DNA from: Octopus sinensis
Taxonomy: Eukaryota
Direction: 5' to 3'
Length of the DNA stretch: 64,000 nucleotides
Assembly: GCF_006345805.1 (NCBI RefSeq)
Contig: NC_042998.1
Coordinates: 151,156,001-151,220,000, forward strand
Below the pieces are notes generated by a model. It saw only the letters and a list, made by a program, of their open reading frames with translations. It did not search any database and was not told where the DNA came from. The first letter of the stretch is position 1. Each line of letters begins with the position of its first letter. A program made the position numbers and the translations under genes. Shown here in pieces: positions 12,977 to 25,946 of the stretch.

Positions 12977-13310
12977 GATTTAACGAGGACTGGACAGCCC
13001 CAGATGATGTAGTCAACTGTCTCATTGTGCACGTTCCTATTTTGCCATTATAGTTGCCTGTGGTCATACACTGGACTCGTGCAGCGATAATTAGTCCTTC
13101 AGTTTCTGCTTTTAGCCCTGATCTTTTGAGCCATTGTTGACTTTTAATTAGGCTCGCTTCTTTTCTGTCAAGCCTTGCTGAATATTGGTTATTGAGTGAT
13201 TTTTTCTTTCTGTTTTCGTGTTGGTTTTTGTCCCTTTGGCCATTCCTGCCGCGTTGTTGTCTAAGATTTGTGTTTTAGTGTAATTTGTTTCTGTTTTGTA
13301 CTTTGTCGCC
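12770..13310. mobile_element. Two R4/Dong-like fragments in opposite orientation, separated by (TA)n
   Basis: Plus strand 12770-12915 resembles the HPKxDxERLY..EGGRGL region. Minus strand 12975-13310 reads SGLKAETEGLIIAA and ETVDYIIWGCPVLVKSEY, matching 32404-32600. Confidence 0.7.
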
Positions 13311-13419
13311 TGTGTGTGTGTGTGTATGCATGTGTGTGTATGTGTGTGTATGCGTAATACACACACATACGCACACACACGCGCGCGCGCATACACACAC
13401 ATACACACAATATTCACAA

Positions 13420-16400
13420 TATTCACGATAGACTCGGCTGAAAAGCGGGCCCGTCCCACACGCGACACCAGCTGTTCGACGAAGGTCCACAGCTCTGAAA
13501 TATCTGGACACTGCACGAGTGCGTGCAGAACGGTTTCGTCGCTCTGACCGCATCTCGGGCAAGTCGGTCCGGTGGTCTTCGAACCGTGTCTGTAGCTCTT
13601 CTCTCGAACTGGTAGTGCGTCTCGATAGCATTGCCAAGCCAGGGATCTTTGGAAGTTATCCATAGGCCCCAGCCCGAACGTCGTCCTAAACAGGCGGGTT
13701 AGGAATTTCTCGTCGACGCCCAAGTTTGCCCCGAGTGTGTCGTCGGACCTCCCCTCCACTAGTCCTCTATAGAATGCGTTGGTCGTTTGTAAGTTGCACA
13801 AGTTTGATCCCGGTCGGCAGAGCTGCTGTAGAGCTTGGCGACACTCTCGGTGCCAATCGCCCAGTTTCGGTCTCTTTCTGATCCATGTTTGCAGTTCGGT
13901 CAGTGAGATGAGGTGCGGGAAGGCGCGCCTCACAAACGGCGCCCACACCTGTTCACCGTCGTCGATGAAGTTCCAGAGATGTCGCAGTCTCAGCGCATGC
14001 CTGCGCATCATTAACCACGGCATGCCCAGTCCTCCATTTAATGGATGTTGACAGCAAATGGATCGCCTCACTATCAGAACGCCACCATTCCACAGGAATC
14101 AGACGAGTATGCGTTCTAATTTCGTGATGGTAGCATCGGAACAAGGCACGACGGTCAGGCGGTAATCGATGATTGATGCGATATACGCATTAGCCACCTC
14201 CGCCCGACCTTTTAGAGACAGCTTTCTCTCGGCCCATGTTTGGCTGAGAGCGACCACTCTACTCGTGATCTCGTCCCAGTTCTTATGCATTTGGAGGTCC
14301 GGACTGAACCAGACCCCGAGCAATTTAACCGGTCCGTCCGTCCAGCGTCCCACTACTAAGTCGCTGTTGGGCGGTATGGGCTTGCTTCTCCAGGTGCCGA
14401 GTAGCAAACCCACTGACTTTTCCGGGTTAATTTTCGCCCCCGTCAGCATTTCGTATTCTTTTAGTGTTTCGCCTAGCATGTCGATGTGCTTTTCGCTCGA
14501 CACAATGACGGTGACATCGTCCGCATATGCCCACACGCTCGTCCCGCAACCCAGCTCCCGTGGGATGCCCCTCAGTGTTGCTAGCTTCTGCAGTAGCGGC
14601 TCGAGAGTCAATACATACAGAAGCGCCGACAGGAGACATCCCTGACGGACCGAACGCGTGATGTCAAACGGTTTCGACAGGTGACCGTTCACCCGAATTA
14701 CCGATCGGATGCCGCTATACAAGGCAGCGATCCAATCGCGGAAGACGGGACCGAAGCCAGCCGCCCTGAGGACGGCCGCCAGGTACCGATGGTCGACCCT
14801 ATCGAAAGCTTTAGACTGATCCAAATTGATCAGCGTCCCACCCATGCCAGGATCCTTAACTACCCTGTCCACAATGTAGCGCATCGGATGGAGGTTGTCA
14901 TGGATGGTTCTGCCCGGCACGGCGCCTGTTTGCGCCTTGTCGACCAGTTTATCGATGACAAGCGCCAACCTCTCGGCTATTACTTTGGCCAAAATTTTCA
15001 AATCTGCGTTGAGCAGAGTGATGGCCTGAAATTATCTATAAAATTCCCCTTGTTTGAGCCTTTCTTCAGCAACGTCACTGCACCTCGGCTCACGAAACCG
15101 AGGATTCTCCCGTTTTGTTGCTAGTTGCAGTATACGGATGTCAAGAGGTCGCCAAACAAGTCTGGCATTTGACCAAACAGCTCGTAGAGTAGACCATCCA
15201 AACCAGGCGACTTATCCCTCGCGCATCCCGCCATCGCATCCCGTACGTCGGCAGCTGTGATGGGTCTCTCACAACACTCCGCTTCTCTTGCCGAGAGCCG
15301 CGGCAGGCCGGCCAGGTAGGCACTGAAGTCTATCCCGCGTTCCGACCCACAACTCGTACCAAACAGTTGAGCAAAGTGCTGTTGAAAGGCCTCACACATC
15401 CTTTCGGGTTTGAATAAATTGCATCTCTCTTGATCTATTAGAGACCGAATGGTGGCTCTGTTGCCACGTTGCGCCTCCGCTACCCGGGCCTCTCGCACAG
15501 CTTCGATCCCTTCGTTCCTTAAGGCACGCATTTTAGCTCTGACGACGCAACCTTCATGTTTGGTGTTGAGGTGTTGGTCGAGGGCCATCCTCGCAGCCAG
15601 CACGTTGGTTGCGCTGCCAGTTGTAAGTGCCTCTTCTAGTTTCTTAACTAAGTCTCCCTCTACTCTATTTCGATATATCGCTAGATTCCGATTTTATTGC
15701 TATTTTCAGAGCGAACCACCAGCGGTTGTTAACGATGGCTCCCGTCAGCACCCTCTTAATTAATTCACTAATCCGGTTCCTGTAAACCTGTCGCGCTAAG
15801 AGCGACGTATTCAGTTTCCAGTAACCGGGACCCTGTCTATGTGTCTTATCTAAGTCGAGCGTACACGTCACAAATTTGTGACCTGTGTAGTTGACTATTT
15901 TAAATTGTGGACATCCTACACTATCCCTATCCGCTGTCCTGCATAGAATTCTATCTAGATAAGATCTCGATAATCCGACGCGGTTTGTCCAAGTCCACGT
16001 TGGCACGTTCGGATGGTCGAGTCGGAACCTGTCAGACAAAAGGTCTTTGAGGCACTTACACCCCCTTCTATTCCTATCCATTCCCATATAATCTAGATGC
16101 GTGTCCAAGGTAGCGTTCCAATCGCCTACCAACAGTAAAGGTCTAGACGTACCCAGGAAAACCTCTAGACGTCTGAAGAAATCCGCCCGACCCGTTAAGG
16201 ACGGTGCATAAACTGCCAACAGACGGAATGCACACCCATTTCTGCCATCCACGTCTAAGACAACCAGTCTAGGAATATTGTTCTTACTTTTACATTTAGA
16301 CTCTTTCGAAAAAGCACCGTGGTACCTCCACCACCCATGTTCGGCAGACAGGGAGAAAAATAAATGTCGAATTGATCGCCAAACATGGATGCGAGGGCCC

Positions 16401-16530
16401 GCGGCTTGCTGAGTCTGGTTTCACTGATAGCTACTATATCCACGTTCAGTGACTTGATGTCGTTTAGAAGGTAACCTTGCTTCCAAGCCGACGCCAAGCC
16501 ACGCGCATTCACACAACCTAATTTAAGCAT
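13420..16530 (-). pseudogene. Tx1-like ORF2 (APE-RT-zinc finger), several frameshifts
   Basis: ORF pieces 16255-16530, 15665-16252, 15121-15603, 14099-15001 and 13148-14071 are colinear parts of one ORF2. Confidence 0.9.
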
Positions 16531-17086
16531 AATTGACGTTTACCAAAATTGTGTTTCACACACTACATTGGAAGAGACAAGAGGCAAGAGGGAAGGTCAC
16601 TTACTCATTTCGAAAGTTTCATTTTTTTCTTCTTCTTTTGTAGTGTCTTTGAGGAGGTGTTTGTATAGTTTTTTGGAGAGGTATCGTTGAAATCCGCCTA
16701 CCGCATTTGGAAATATTGTTTTCAGTGTATGGTGTTGTGTTTGTGTTATGTGTACAATTCTTATGTGTTTCGGTGGTGTGGTGCGCGAATAATTGTTTGT
16801 CTTAAAGTCATCTTCACAGATGTCCGTGTTGGATGCAATGTAATCCATTAATTTTTTATTGTCTGTGTCTATTACTGTTAGTTGTGTGTGTGGTTTTGCG
16901 GGTTCATTGGTTTTTTATTGTCTAAGGGGATGCTGTCCGGAGTTAAATATCTCCCTGCTTTACTTCCTTGTTTGGTGGGCTTTTTTGATCTTTTCCTTTT
17001 ACCCCCTGTGGCTATTTGCCATTCCGTCGAACTTTCGTCGTCCGACGAATCAGAAGGGGGTAAAGGTAAAGCATTTGCGTTAATAT

Positions 17087-17770
17087 TGTTGCGAATGGTC
17101 AGGGACACCTCTATGACCTACTTTGCTGGCTTGGAGACTGAAAGTCTAGAATACAAAGTTATAGTCCTTTGTTCACGGAAGAGTGATGGCTTTTGGAAGG
17201 ACCCCTACCCTTTTGCTGGTCAAGAAAGGGTTAGAGAAACTACCTTATAAAAAGGAGCTGTGAGTCTGTAAGTCAGTTCCGGCCGGAGAGATTGAGAGGT
17301 AGTCGGTATTTGAAATTCAGGGCAAGCAGCAGTTTGGATTTTAGCAGTTGGTTTGTTCTGCTGTGACAGAGAGGGAGATATACGGAGGATTAGGCGGCTG
17401 ATAGAGAGGAACTACAATATGAGACATTGGCTAATGTAACGGTACGTGAATTGTTGTATTGATATGTGAAGAGAAAGAAGGAAAAAGAATCGATGTATTG
17501 AAATGTAAAAGAAATGAGACAGTAAAAAAGAACAATGTGAACTGTGTTGATATGTGTTACAGAACTGTTAAGGCAAAGAGAACTGTGTAATGAACATTGA
17601 ACTGTATATGCCTTTAATATCCTTTGAACTGTAACGTTAATGCGATTTGAAACAGAACTGTTGTCTCCGGACTGTATGATGTATTGATTTGTTGTTTAAT
17701 TCGACGTGTACTCTTTAAGTGCTCTTGTTATTGCATTTGATGTATCTGATATGTAATTGATGTTGTAACA
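17087..17770 (+). mobile_element. Solo-LTR-like insertion inside Tx1 ORF1
   Basis: TGTTG...TAACA termini (684 bp). Flanks are aatat (17082-17086) and attat (17771-17775), a 5-bp TSD with one mismatch. TATAAAA at ~17246 with TCAGTT ~27 nt downstream. Removing 689 bp puts the ORF1 frames 17789-18355 and 16878-17108 in register. Confidence 0.65.
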
Positions 17771-19565
17771 ATTATTAAGTGTTATAAACTAGTACGTTAA
17801 ATGTAGGCCAATTGCCTTCCTTGTGTCTCTCTCGGTTGCCTCTGTGTCTCTTCTTGCGGCTGTTGTTGTAGTTGTTGTCTCTTTCTCCTCTCCGAGTTTC
17901 CGTGGCGAACATTTTCTGATCGATCGGGCCTGTGGGAGGGATTCCGTAACAGCTTTCGTTCGAAGGGGATCCCCCGTAACAATATGTATGCTTGTAGAAA
18001 TTGTTGATGTTTTGTGCGGTGTTTGTGCTGTTGTGGTGTTAGGGGTAGAATTTGTCTTCTCGTCACTGTTTTCTGTCTTTTTAATTGTCGTCCTCGGTGT
18101 TGGTGTTGGTCTATCTTTTGTTGGTTTAGTATGATGAATTGGTTGCGACGTCAACGGTGATTGTTTGGTACTGTTTCTTTCCTTGGTGATGTTGTTGGGA
18201 TTTGTTTGCTGATTTGTTGTTTTTCTTGGCATTGTTCCATAATTGAGTGTGTTGGTGTTGGTGTTGGTGTTGGTGTTGGTGTTGGCAACAAGGTTTTTTA
18301 TTTGTTTTCTGATTTGTTCTTTCTTGTTTTTTCTGTGCCAGAACGCACTCGGCAATTAAATGTTCTGGGCTGCCACAGTTGTAGCATCTAGGCTTTTTGC
18401 CTTCTGCTACAACATATAGGCTTTGCCCATTTTCTAAATGGATCCTATCAGGTAGGTTCTCGATAGAGGACCCCTCAATCTGGATGGTCACTACTATTGT
18501 TTTACCACCCCAATTGTCGTTTTTGTACACGGCGGTTTCTGATATGTTTATCGTTTTCAAATGGTAACAGATTGCCCCTGTTATCCATTTGTTAGGTATC
18601 CCGGGGGGTACCTTTTTAATGCTAATTCTACTCACTCTCTGGCCTTTGTAATATGGTACCATGATGATTTCATCATTTTGCAAAGACTCCGTAGAGTGAG
18701 CTTTTGCCACTTCCTGGTTAGGGAAGCGAACCACCACTGTATTAAACTGGGGACCCCAGTTTATATATTCTTTTTTTTCATTATGTTTTTTAAACACTTT
18801 TCTATGTCCGTTTTTGTAATCTGTTCATTTTTTTTTTCATAATTTTGTATATAATTGTCTTATTTTCTATTTGTTCCTTTATGTGTTGAGGTGTATGCAG
18901 CACTAAATCCTGCTCCTTGGTTGTAAAGAGTGCTCTCGTTTCTATTAACTCTTCATTCGTAAATTTTATTATTTCTTTTTTTCTGACGCAGAGTGTCAGC
19001 GAAATTTACTGGTGTTGTTGATTCTTTTATATTAATATCTTCACCATTAGATGGTGAGATATTTATTTCATTTTTATTGTTGTTGTTGTTCTTCTTGTTT
19101 TTGTTAATAGTATTCGCGTGAGTTTCATTTTTATCATTTATGTTGGTGGTGGTAGTGGTATCAGTAGTAGTCTCGTTGTTGTTAGTGGTGGTGGTAGTGG
19201 TGGTGGTGGTGGTGACAGGGCTGTTAACGCAAGTGGTTGCAGCGTTCACTACCACGTCATTCAGGTTTGTCTTTGTCGTGCATAAGTTCTTTTTTTCCAG
19301 TCTAGGAAAATGCTGGTCCATAAAGGAACGCGACCAGCGTTCTACAATAACATTTCTCGACATTTTCAAAACGTCGAGAAGAAAAATACACAAATTAAAT
19401 AGGGTTGAAACTGCCCCTAGGGGCGAATTCCTCCCTTGGAAAAGTACTCAAACGAAAGTTGGGTGCCTTACACACCTTATTTACAAAATTATACACAAAA
19501 TATGGGCTATAAATAGTCAAAATAAATGATTACCTTCGGAGCCGAGGTGACAACACGCGTAGATT

Positions 19566-19642
<77 letters not shown>

Positions 19643-19643
19643 G

Positions 19644-20530
19644 TTTCTTTATTGGCCACACAGGGCTGCACACAGATGGTAGAGCTTTTCTTTTGGGGGA
19701 TGAAAAAAACAAAAAAACAAAAAACAAAAGAAACAAAAAAAAAGGTGGCGTAGGTTTTCGATCAAAAGGGATCGTAAGAGGGAAAAAAAGAACAAAGAAT
19801 AAAAAAAAGAAAGAAAAAAGAAAAAAAAGGAAAAGGAACAAAAGAAAAGAGAAATGAAAAAAAGAAGAAAAAAAAAGGAAAGAAAAAAGGGGAAGAGGAA
19901 AAAAACAACAAAAAAACGATCAATAGGGATCGTGTATCACAGTGTTATGATGTATGGTGTAAAGGGGAAAGCAAGTAAGGTTTATCCGTGGGAAGAAAAG
20001 CCTACGAAAAAGACCACGGTAACCTTGGTCAATATTGTTATATGTTACCACATTTGTTTGCAAGTGGGTAATCCTCTGTTTTCAATTTCTGGGTTCATAG
20101 GATTATGCTCAAGGTGGCTTCGTCATTCATACGTGCCATCCTTGCTACATTCACCTATCTTTTTTTTAAAACATTTGCGAGACAAAACTTGCCTCTCTAC
20201 TCTCACTTTCCTTTTCAAGTGGTACTTGAAGAAGTTGATGAGAGATTGACCAGAGAGGAAAGTGTTTGTCTCCAATCCTTTCAGACGCGTCCACCAGATA
20301 CATTCTTTCGCCATAGCCACAAGGATGATGAAAATAGCTCTTCCTTCCCGTTTGAAGGAAGGAGGCGTGACAATATTGACGATAGACTCAGCTGATAAAC
20401 CGACTCGTCCCACACGTGACAGCAGTTGTTCGACATAAGCCCACAGGTCGGAAATTGTTGGACACTGCACGAGTGCGTTCAGAACGGTTTCGTCGCTCTG
20501 ACTGCATCTCGGGCAGGTCGGCCCCGTGTT
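19644..20530 (-). mobile_element. Tx1-like copy 4, short 5'-truncated 3' end, inside a (GATA)n array
   Basis: TGPTCPRCSQSDETVLNALVQC...FFKYHLKRKVRVER followed by a 3' UTR. (GATA)n at 19561-19640 and 20531-20590. Confidence 0.88.
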
Positions 20531-20589
<59 letters not shown>

Positions 20590-20660
20590 TCTTCGATATC
20601 GTACGGCTAACTAAAGCCTTGTGAGTAGATCTGATAGAAGGAGACTGTAAGAGGACATCC

Positions 20661-20691
<31 letters not shown>

Positions 20692-20735
20692 TGTATGTAT
20701 GTATGTATGTATGTATGTATGTATGCATGTATATA

Positions 20736-20766
<31 letters not shown>

Positions 20767-20829
20767 ATGTATTATGTATGTATGTACGCATGTATGTATG
20801 CTCCTATGCACACACGCACACACTACGAG

Positions 20830-21105
20830 GACGCATGGCCTGCTGGTTAGGGTGTTGCACTCACGATAGCGAGATCGTGGTTTCAATTCATAGACCAAGT
20901 AAAGTTTTGTGTGCTTGAGCAAAACACTTCATCTCACGTTGCTTTGTGATCACTTACGCATGGTACACTGTGCACTTGTTCAGATAACATCGATTTGATT
21001 GAGGGAATGAGCTAATGTACATTTGATCACTATAAACAAATCATTTGTGTAGGTCGTTTAGCAAAAGCTGAATATTCATACGTCTCTCCGACGGGAGAAT
21101 CCACC
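20830..21105 (+). mobile_element. tRNA-derived SINE, family B (OK-like)
   Basis: gcatggcctgctggttagggtgttgcactcacgatagcgagatcgtggtttcaattc shows A-box- and B-box-like motifs in a tRNA-like head. Confidence 0.65.
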
Positions 21106-21422
21106 ATGTGTGTGTGTGTGTGTGCATGTGCGTGCGTGCATGCGTGCGTGTGTGCGTGCGTGCATGCGTGCGTGTGTGCGTGCATGAGTATGTCTGTGTG
21201 TCTGTGTGTGTATTTATGTAAATCTCAGTTTTTAAGTTATATATAAAAAGAATTTAACGTTAAACCTTACTCTACCATTTGATAAAGTATATATTTATGA
21301 ACTTTTGCAAGGAAAAGTTTGACCGTTACCTCAAAGTTTCGGTATTCTCACTTTCATCGAAATATCTGATGAATATGAACAAGCCGAAACTTCGAAGCCT
21401 CTGCCAAGTATTTCTTTGTAAG

Positions 21423-21580
21423 ACGTGGCAGTGTGGTAAGAAGCTTGTTTCCCAACCACATGGTGCCGTGTTCAGTTCCAGTGCGTGGTACCTTGGCCAA
21501 ATGTCTTCTACCATAGCCGCGGGCCTACCAAAGGCTTCTGAATGGATTTCGCAGAGGGAAACTAAAAAAAGACCACCGCT
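21423..21580 (+). mobile_element. tRNA-derived SINE, family C
   Basis: gtggcagtgtggtaagaagcttg...ttcagttcca...tgtcttctaccatagccgcgggcctaccaaaggctt. Related copies at 26150-26320, and 3' pieces at 20605-20660 and 37540-37590. Confidence 0.75.
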
Positions 21581-21869
21581 GACAACCGATGAAGAGTTGT
21601 TTATTATGTTTCTTGTGAACAACTTGTCCATTTGTGTCTTTCGTTGTTCGCAAAAAAGAAGTTCGTATTCCATGATTTCGTATTTCATCTTGTTTACGTT
21701 CTGTGACGTCCTATATCCATATATGCATATGTACATCCATATATGTGTAAGTATGTACATATATGTATGTTTATATGCATATATATATTATTTATATTAT
21801 TATTATTGTTGTTGTTATATATAGATATATGTGTGTATGTGTGTGTGTGTGTGTGTTTGTGTATCTGTG

Positions 21870-22050
21870 GTTGTCAACGGCGTTGGCATGTTTACGTCCC
21901 CGTAAATTAGCGATTTAGCAAAGAGATCGATAGAATATGTACCACACTTTCAAAAATTAAAAAGATTCATTCTACTAAAAATTCTTCAAGGCAGTGCCCC
22001 AGCATGACCGCAATCTAATGACTGAAACAAATAAAAGATAAACGATTACA
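21870..22050 (+). mobile_element. SINE body, family D
   Basis: ggcatgtttacgtccccgtaa...gccccagcatgaccgca...atgactgaaacaaataaaaga. The same 3' tail occurs at 26410-26475. Confidence 0.6.
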
Positions 22051-22123
22051 GATAAATATTCATATGTATTTATATATGTTTATATGAGTGTGTATAGCTA
22101 TATTTGTATATTTATATAAATAC

Positions 22124-22172
<49 letters not shown>

Positions 22173-22667
22173 TACGTAAGCAGATATATCTATATACACA
22201 TACGTGTATAATATATACATACATACATATACATATCTTCGTATGTGTGTGTGTGTAACCACACATATGACAGAGGCAGAGAGAGAGGGAAAGAGGGAGA
22301 GAGAGAGAAAGAGAGAGAAAGGGGCAGACAGCTCGATAGACAGACAAAGATAAAAACATGAATGAATGTATGGAGAAGAGATGGGCAATGTGTGAGAGGT
22401 ATGTATGAAGATTCAAATAAATTGCTGAAGATGAATTTTTATATGAAGAATAGAAAGATACAAGAAGGAAACGAAGTAGATAGGTTGATAGATAGATATA
22501 TAGAGAGATAGAGAGACAGACAGATAGCTAGCTAGATAGATAGATTGATAGATAGACAGACAGATAGACAGATAGATAGCAAGATTGATAGATTGATAGA
22601 TAGACAGACAGACAGCTAGCTAGATAAATAGAGAGAGAGAGAGGGAGGAAGAAATGGATACATATAC

Positions 22668-22754
<87 letters not shown>

Positions 22755-23064
22755 TACATACAGGTGGTGGGGGGAGAGAATATTGTGAAAAAGCTGTTGA
22801 AAGTAAAGAAAGGAAGACAGAAAAGAAAAGAAAGGAAGAAAGAAAGAAAATGAAAAATAGAAGTTGATCGACAAAATGAGAGAATGAAAAGCAATGTGGA
22901 AAAACAGAGAGGGATAGGCAAAGACAAAATGAAAGATAGAAAGTTGTTAGTGAGAGAGGTGGTGAGAATGAGAGTGTAAGGAAGAGTGAGAAGGAAGGGA
23001 AGTAAGAGGGAGAGTAAGCAGGAGGGTGGGAGGGTACAGAAAGAGGAGAGTCTGAAAAGAGAAG

Positions 23065-23232
23065 TGATCTGACAGCTGAACCCTAAACGGAGACACCATT
23101 AATCCGCTGCGGAAACTGACTGACAGCGACGCCTGGCGGCGAAATCCGCTGTCAGTGGGTTCACAACCACGTCAGAGGTCGGACTCTAGCAACGGCCTAA
23201 GCGATGGTTTATCCAATGGGATTACGTCAGCT
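23065..23232. promoter_or_regulatory. Candidate promoter/enhancer: unique CpG-rich island with clustered transcription-factor motifs
   Basis: Three TGACAG sites, TAATCC, ACGTCA (23169) and TTACGTCA (23222), TAGCAAC (RFX half-site), CCAAT (23213), and a CTCF-like site at ~23125-23140. Motif matches only. Confidence 0.35.
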
Positions 23233-23239
23233 TGATGTG

Positions 23240-25640
23240 TGTGTGTGTGTGTGTGCGCGTATGTGCCCGCGCGTGCGTGTGTATGTATAAGTGTGTGTGT
23301 ATATGTGTATGCCTATGTCAATGGTATAAACTTGTACTTATATGAATTTGTTGGCGTTTCTGTCTATGCTTTTATATTTGCTCGTTATGTACGCAAATAT
23401 GTGGGCGTAGATCACTGAATCTAATATGTGTATCTATGAATGTGTTTGTATATGTAACTATAAGAACAGTCATACACACATACATACGCACATGCATGCT
23501 TGCATGCATACATACACACACATACACGCATGCACGCATACATACATACCCACACACACACACGCATGCACACATACATACATACACACACACATACATA
23601 CATACATACACACACACACTTCCACAAATACACACATACATACATACATACACCCATACACATACACGTATACACACACATACTTACATACTCTCATACG
23701 GACACACATACACACAGACATACACACATACACACTCACACATACATACACACACACATACTTACACACACACTCGCCTGCACGCGCACACACATGCATG
23801 ACATACACCCATACACTCACACTCACACACATACACACACACCCACATATACACGCACACGCACACGCACACGCACACATACACACACACACACACCTAC
23901 ACTCCCACACACATACATACGCACCTATATACACACGCACACGCATACACACACACACACGCATACACACATACATTACATACGTACACACACACACTTA
24001 CATACATTCATACCTTCACTCATACATACATACATACATACACACGCACACACACAAGCATACACAGACACATACCCATACATACATACATACACACATA
24101 CATACACACATACACCTATACACACACGCCTACACACATACATACACACACACATACATACACACACACATACACACACATATACGCACATACACATATA
24201 CTTACACACATGCACACACACACACACACACACATACATGGGCACATGCATGCATGCATGCATACATACACACACATACACGCATGCACGCATACATACA
24301 TACATACACACACACACGCATGCACACATACATACATACATACACACATACATACATACATACATACACACACACACTTCCACACATACACACATACAAT
24401 CATACACACACACACATACACACATACATACATACATACACACATACACACACATACTTACATACACTCATACGGACACACATACAGACAGACATACACA
24501 CATACACACTCACACATACATACACACACACATACTTACACACACACACGCATGCACGCGCACACACATGCACACACACACACTTCCACACATACACACA
24601 TACATACATGCACACACACATACACACACACATACATACATACATACATACATACACCCATACACACACACATATACACACATACATATTTACATACACT
24701 CATACGGACACACATACACACAGACACACAGACATACACACATACACACTCACACATACACACGCACATACTTACACACACACTCGCATGCACGCGCACA
24801 CACATGCATGCGCGCGCTCGCGCACGCATACATACATGCATGCACCACGCCTGTGGGTTCTGGCTATATCTCGGGTTCGTATCTGGGGCCGGCGCGATCT
24901 GGGTTTCTCTTACGCCTGTCACCGCGGGAGTATTTTTCCACCATTCCTTCAGTTGCGAATTGTTTCCTTGCATGCATATATATACACACACATAAACATA
25001 TAAACACACTTTTAATACCCTACTTTTTGTACACACACGCACATACATACATACATTCACTCCCGCGCACTCACACACACACATTTACATATATAGATAT
25101 ACAATACACGCACACACACTTACACACGTACAAACACACACGAATTCACATGCACACCGGCAAATACACACACCCAACATATACCTCCACGCGCACGCAC
25201 ACATACACATACGTACACACATATAAGCACAGACACACACATACATACGCACACCAAAACATGCGCACACACACGCACGCACACATACATACATGCACAC
25301 AATTATACATATACGCACATATAAGCACACACACACACCCACACATACACTCAGTTAAGCACAGTTACTCGCCATACACACAAAAAAACGCACACGTACA
25401 CAGACATACTACAACAAAACACACACACGCACGCACACATTCCCCTTCTTCCTCCTTTTACTACTGACCTGTGACTCGCTACGACCACTAACCTTCGCCC
25501 AACATACACACACATGCACACACATGCACGCACTAATAAACACACACACACCTGTCATCTCGCACACCGTTACTACTGCTGCTTGCCACCAACCGTCACC
25601 TAACATATACATACATACACACACACGCACACACTCACAT
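23240..25640. repeat. ~2.4-kb compound (CA)/(TACA) microsatellite with internal block duplications
   Basis: Direct reading; source of the spurious 525-aa and 655-aa His/Thr ORFs. Confidence 0.95.
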
Positions 25641-25946
25641 ACACTCCCTCTTCATCTCACACATTGTGTTTTACCTTCCTTCTTTTTCCGCTCTCCTGTC
25701 TTTGAAAACCTGTCCCCTCTTGTCTACGACTTCCGCCTTTCAGTATGTTTACCTCGTGAAGACCACTCGCGTTTTTTTCCCTCTGTCCTCCCACCTCGGG
25801 ATCTTTCTTACTCTTATGTTTCCGACGAAGAGCTCCGCTCGAAACGTCATACCCTCCTTCTTCCCTTTTTCCTGAGCGCCTAATAATACTTTAATTGTTC
25901 CACCTCTTTGCGTTGTTGTCTTTTTTGTGTTTTCTTGTTTGGATTA

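Larger units (their letters stand above)
13420..19560 (-). mobile_element. Tx1-like copy 3, near full length (5' UTR, ORF1, ORF2; extreme 3' end lost)
   Basis: ORF1 fragments at 16560-19393 with a CCHC knuckle. ORF2 starts at 16530 (MLKLGCVNARGL), with LVGDWNA, YLDRI, GPGYWKLN, RT YADD (14099-15001) and C-terminal CPRC...HALVQC. The 5' end abuts (GATA)n at 19561. Confidence 0.92.

Noticed and set aside
21330-21405. Back-to-back hammerhead-like CTGATGA...GAAAC motifs on both strands
   Set aside because: Stems I and II do not pair and the cleavage triplet or core is altered.
21279-21824. Overlapping 181-aa (+) and 144-aa (-) ORFs
   Set aside because: Both run through a SINE (21423-21580) and microsatellite, and show no recognisable domain.
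23426-25467. 525-aa and 655-aa His/Thr-rich ORFs
   Set aside because: CA/TACA repeats lack stop codons in these frames. The same applies to the many poly-Y/I, V/C, L/S and T/N ORFs in the track.
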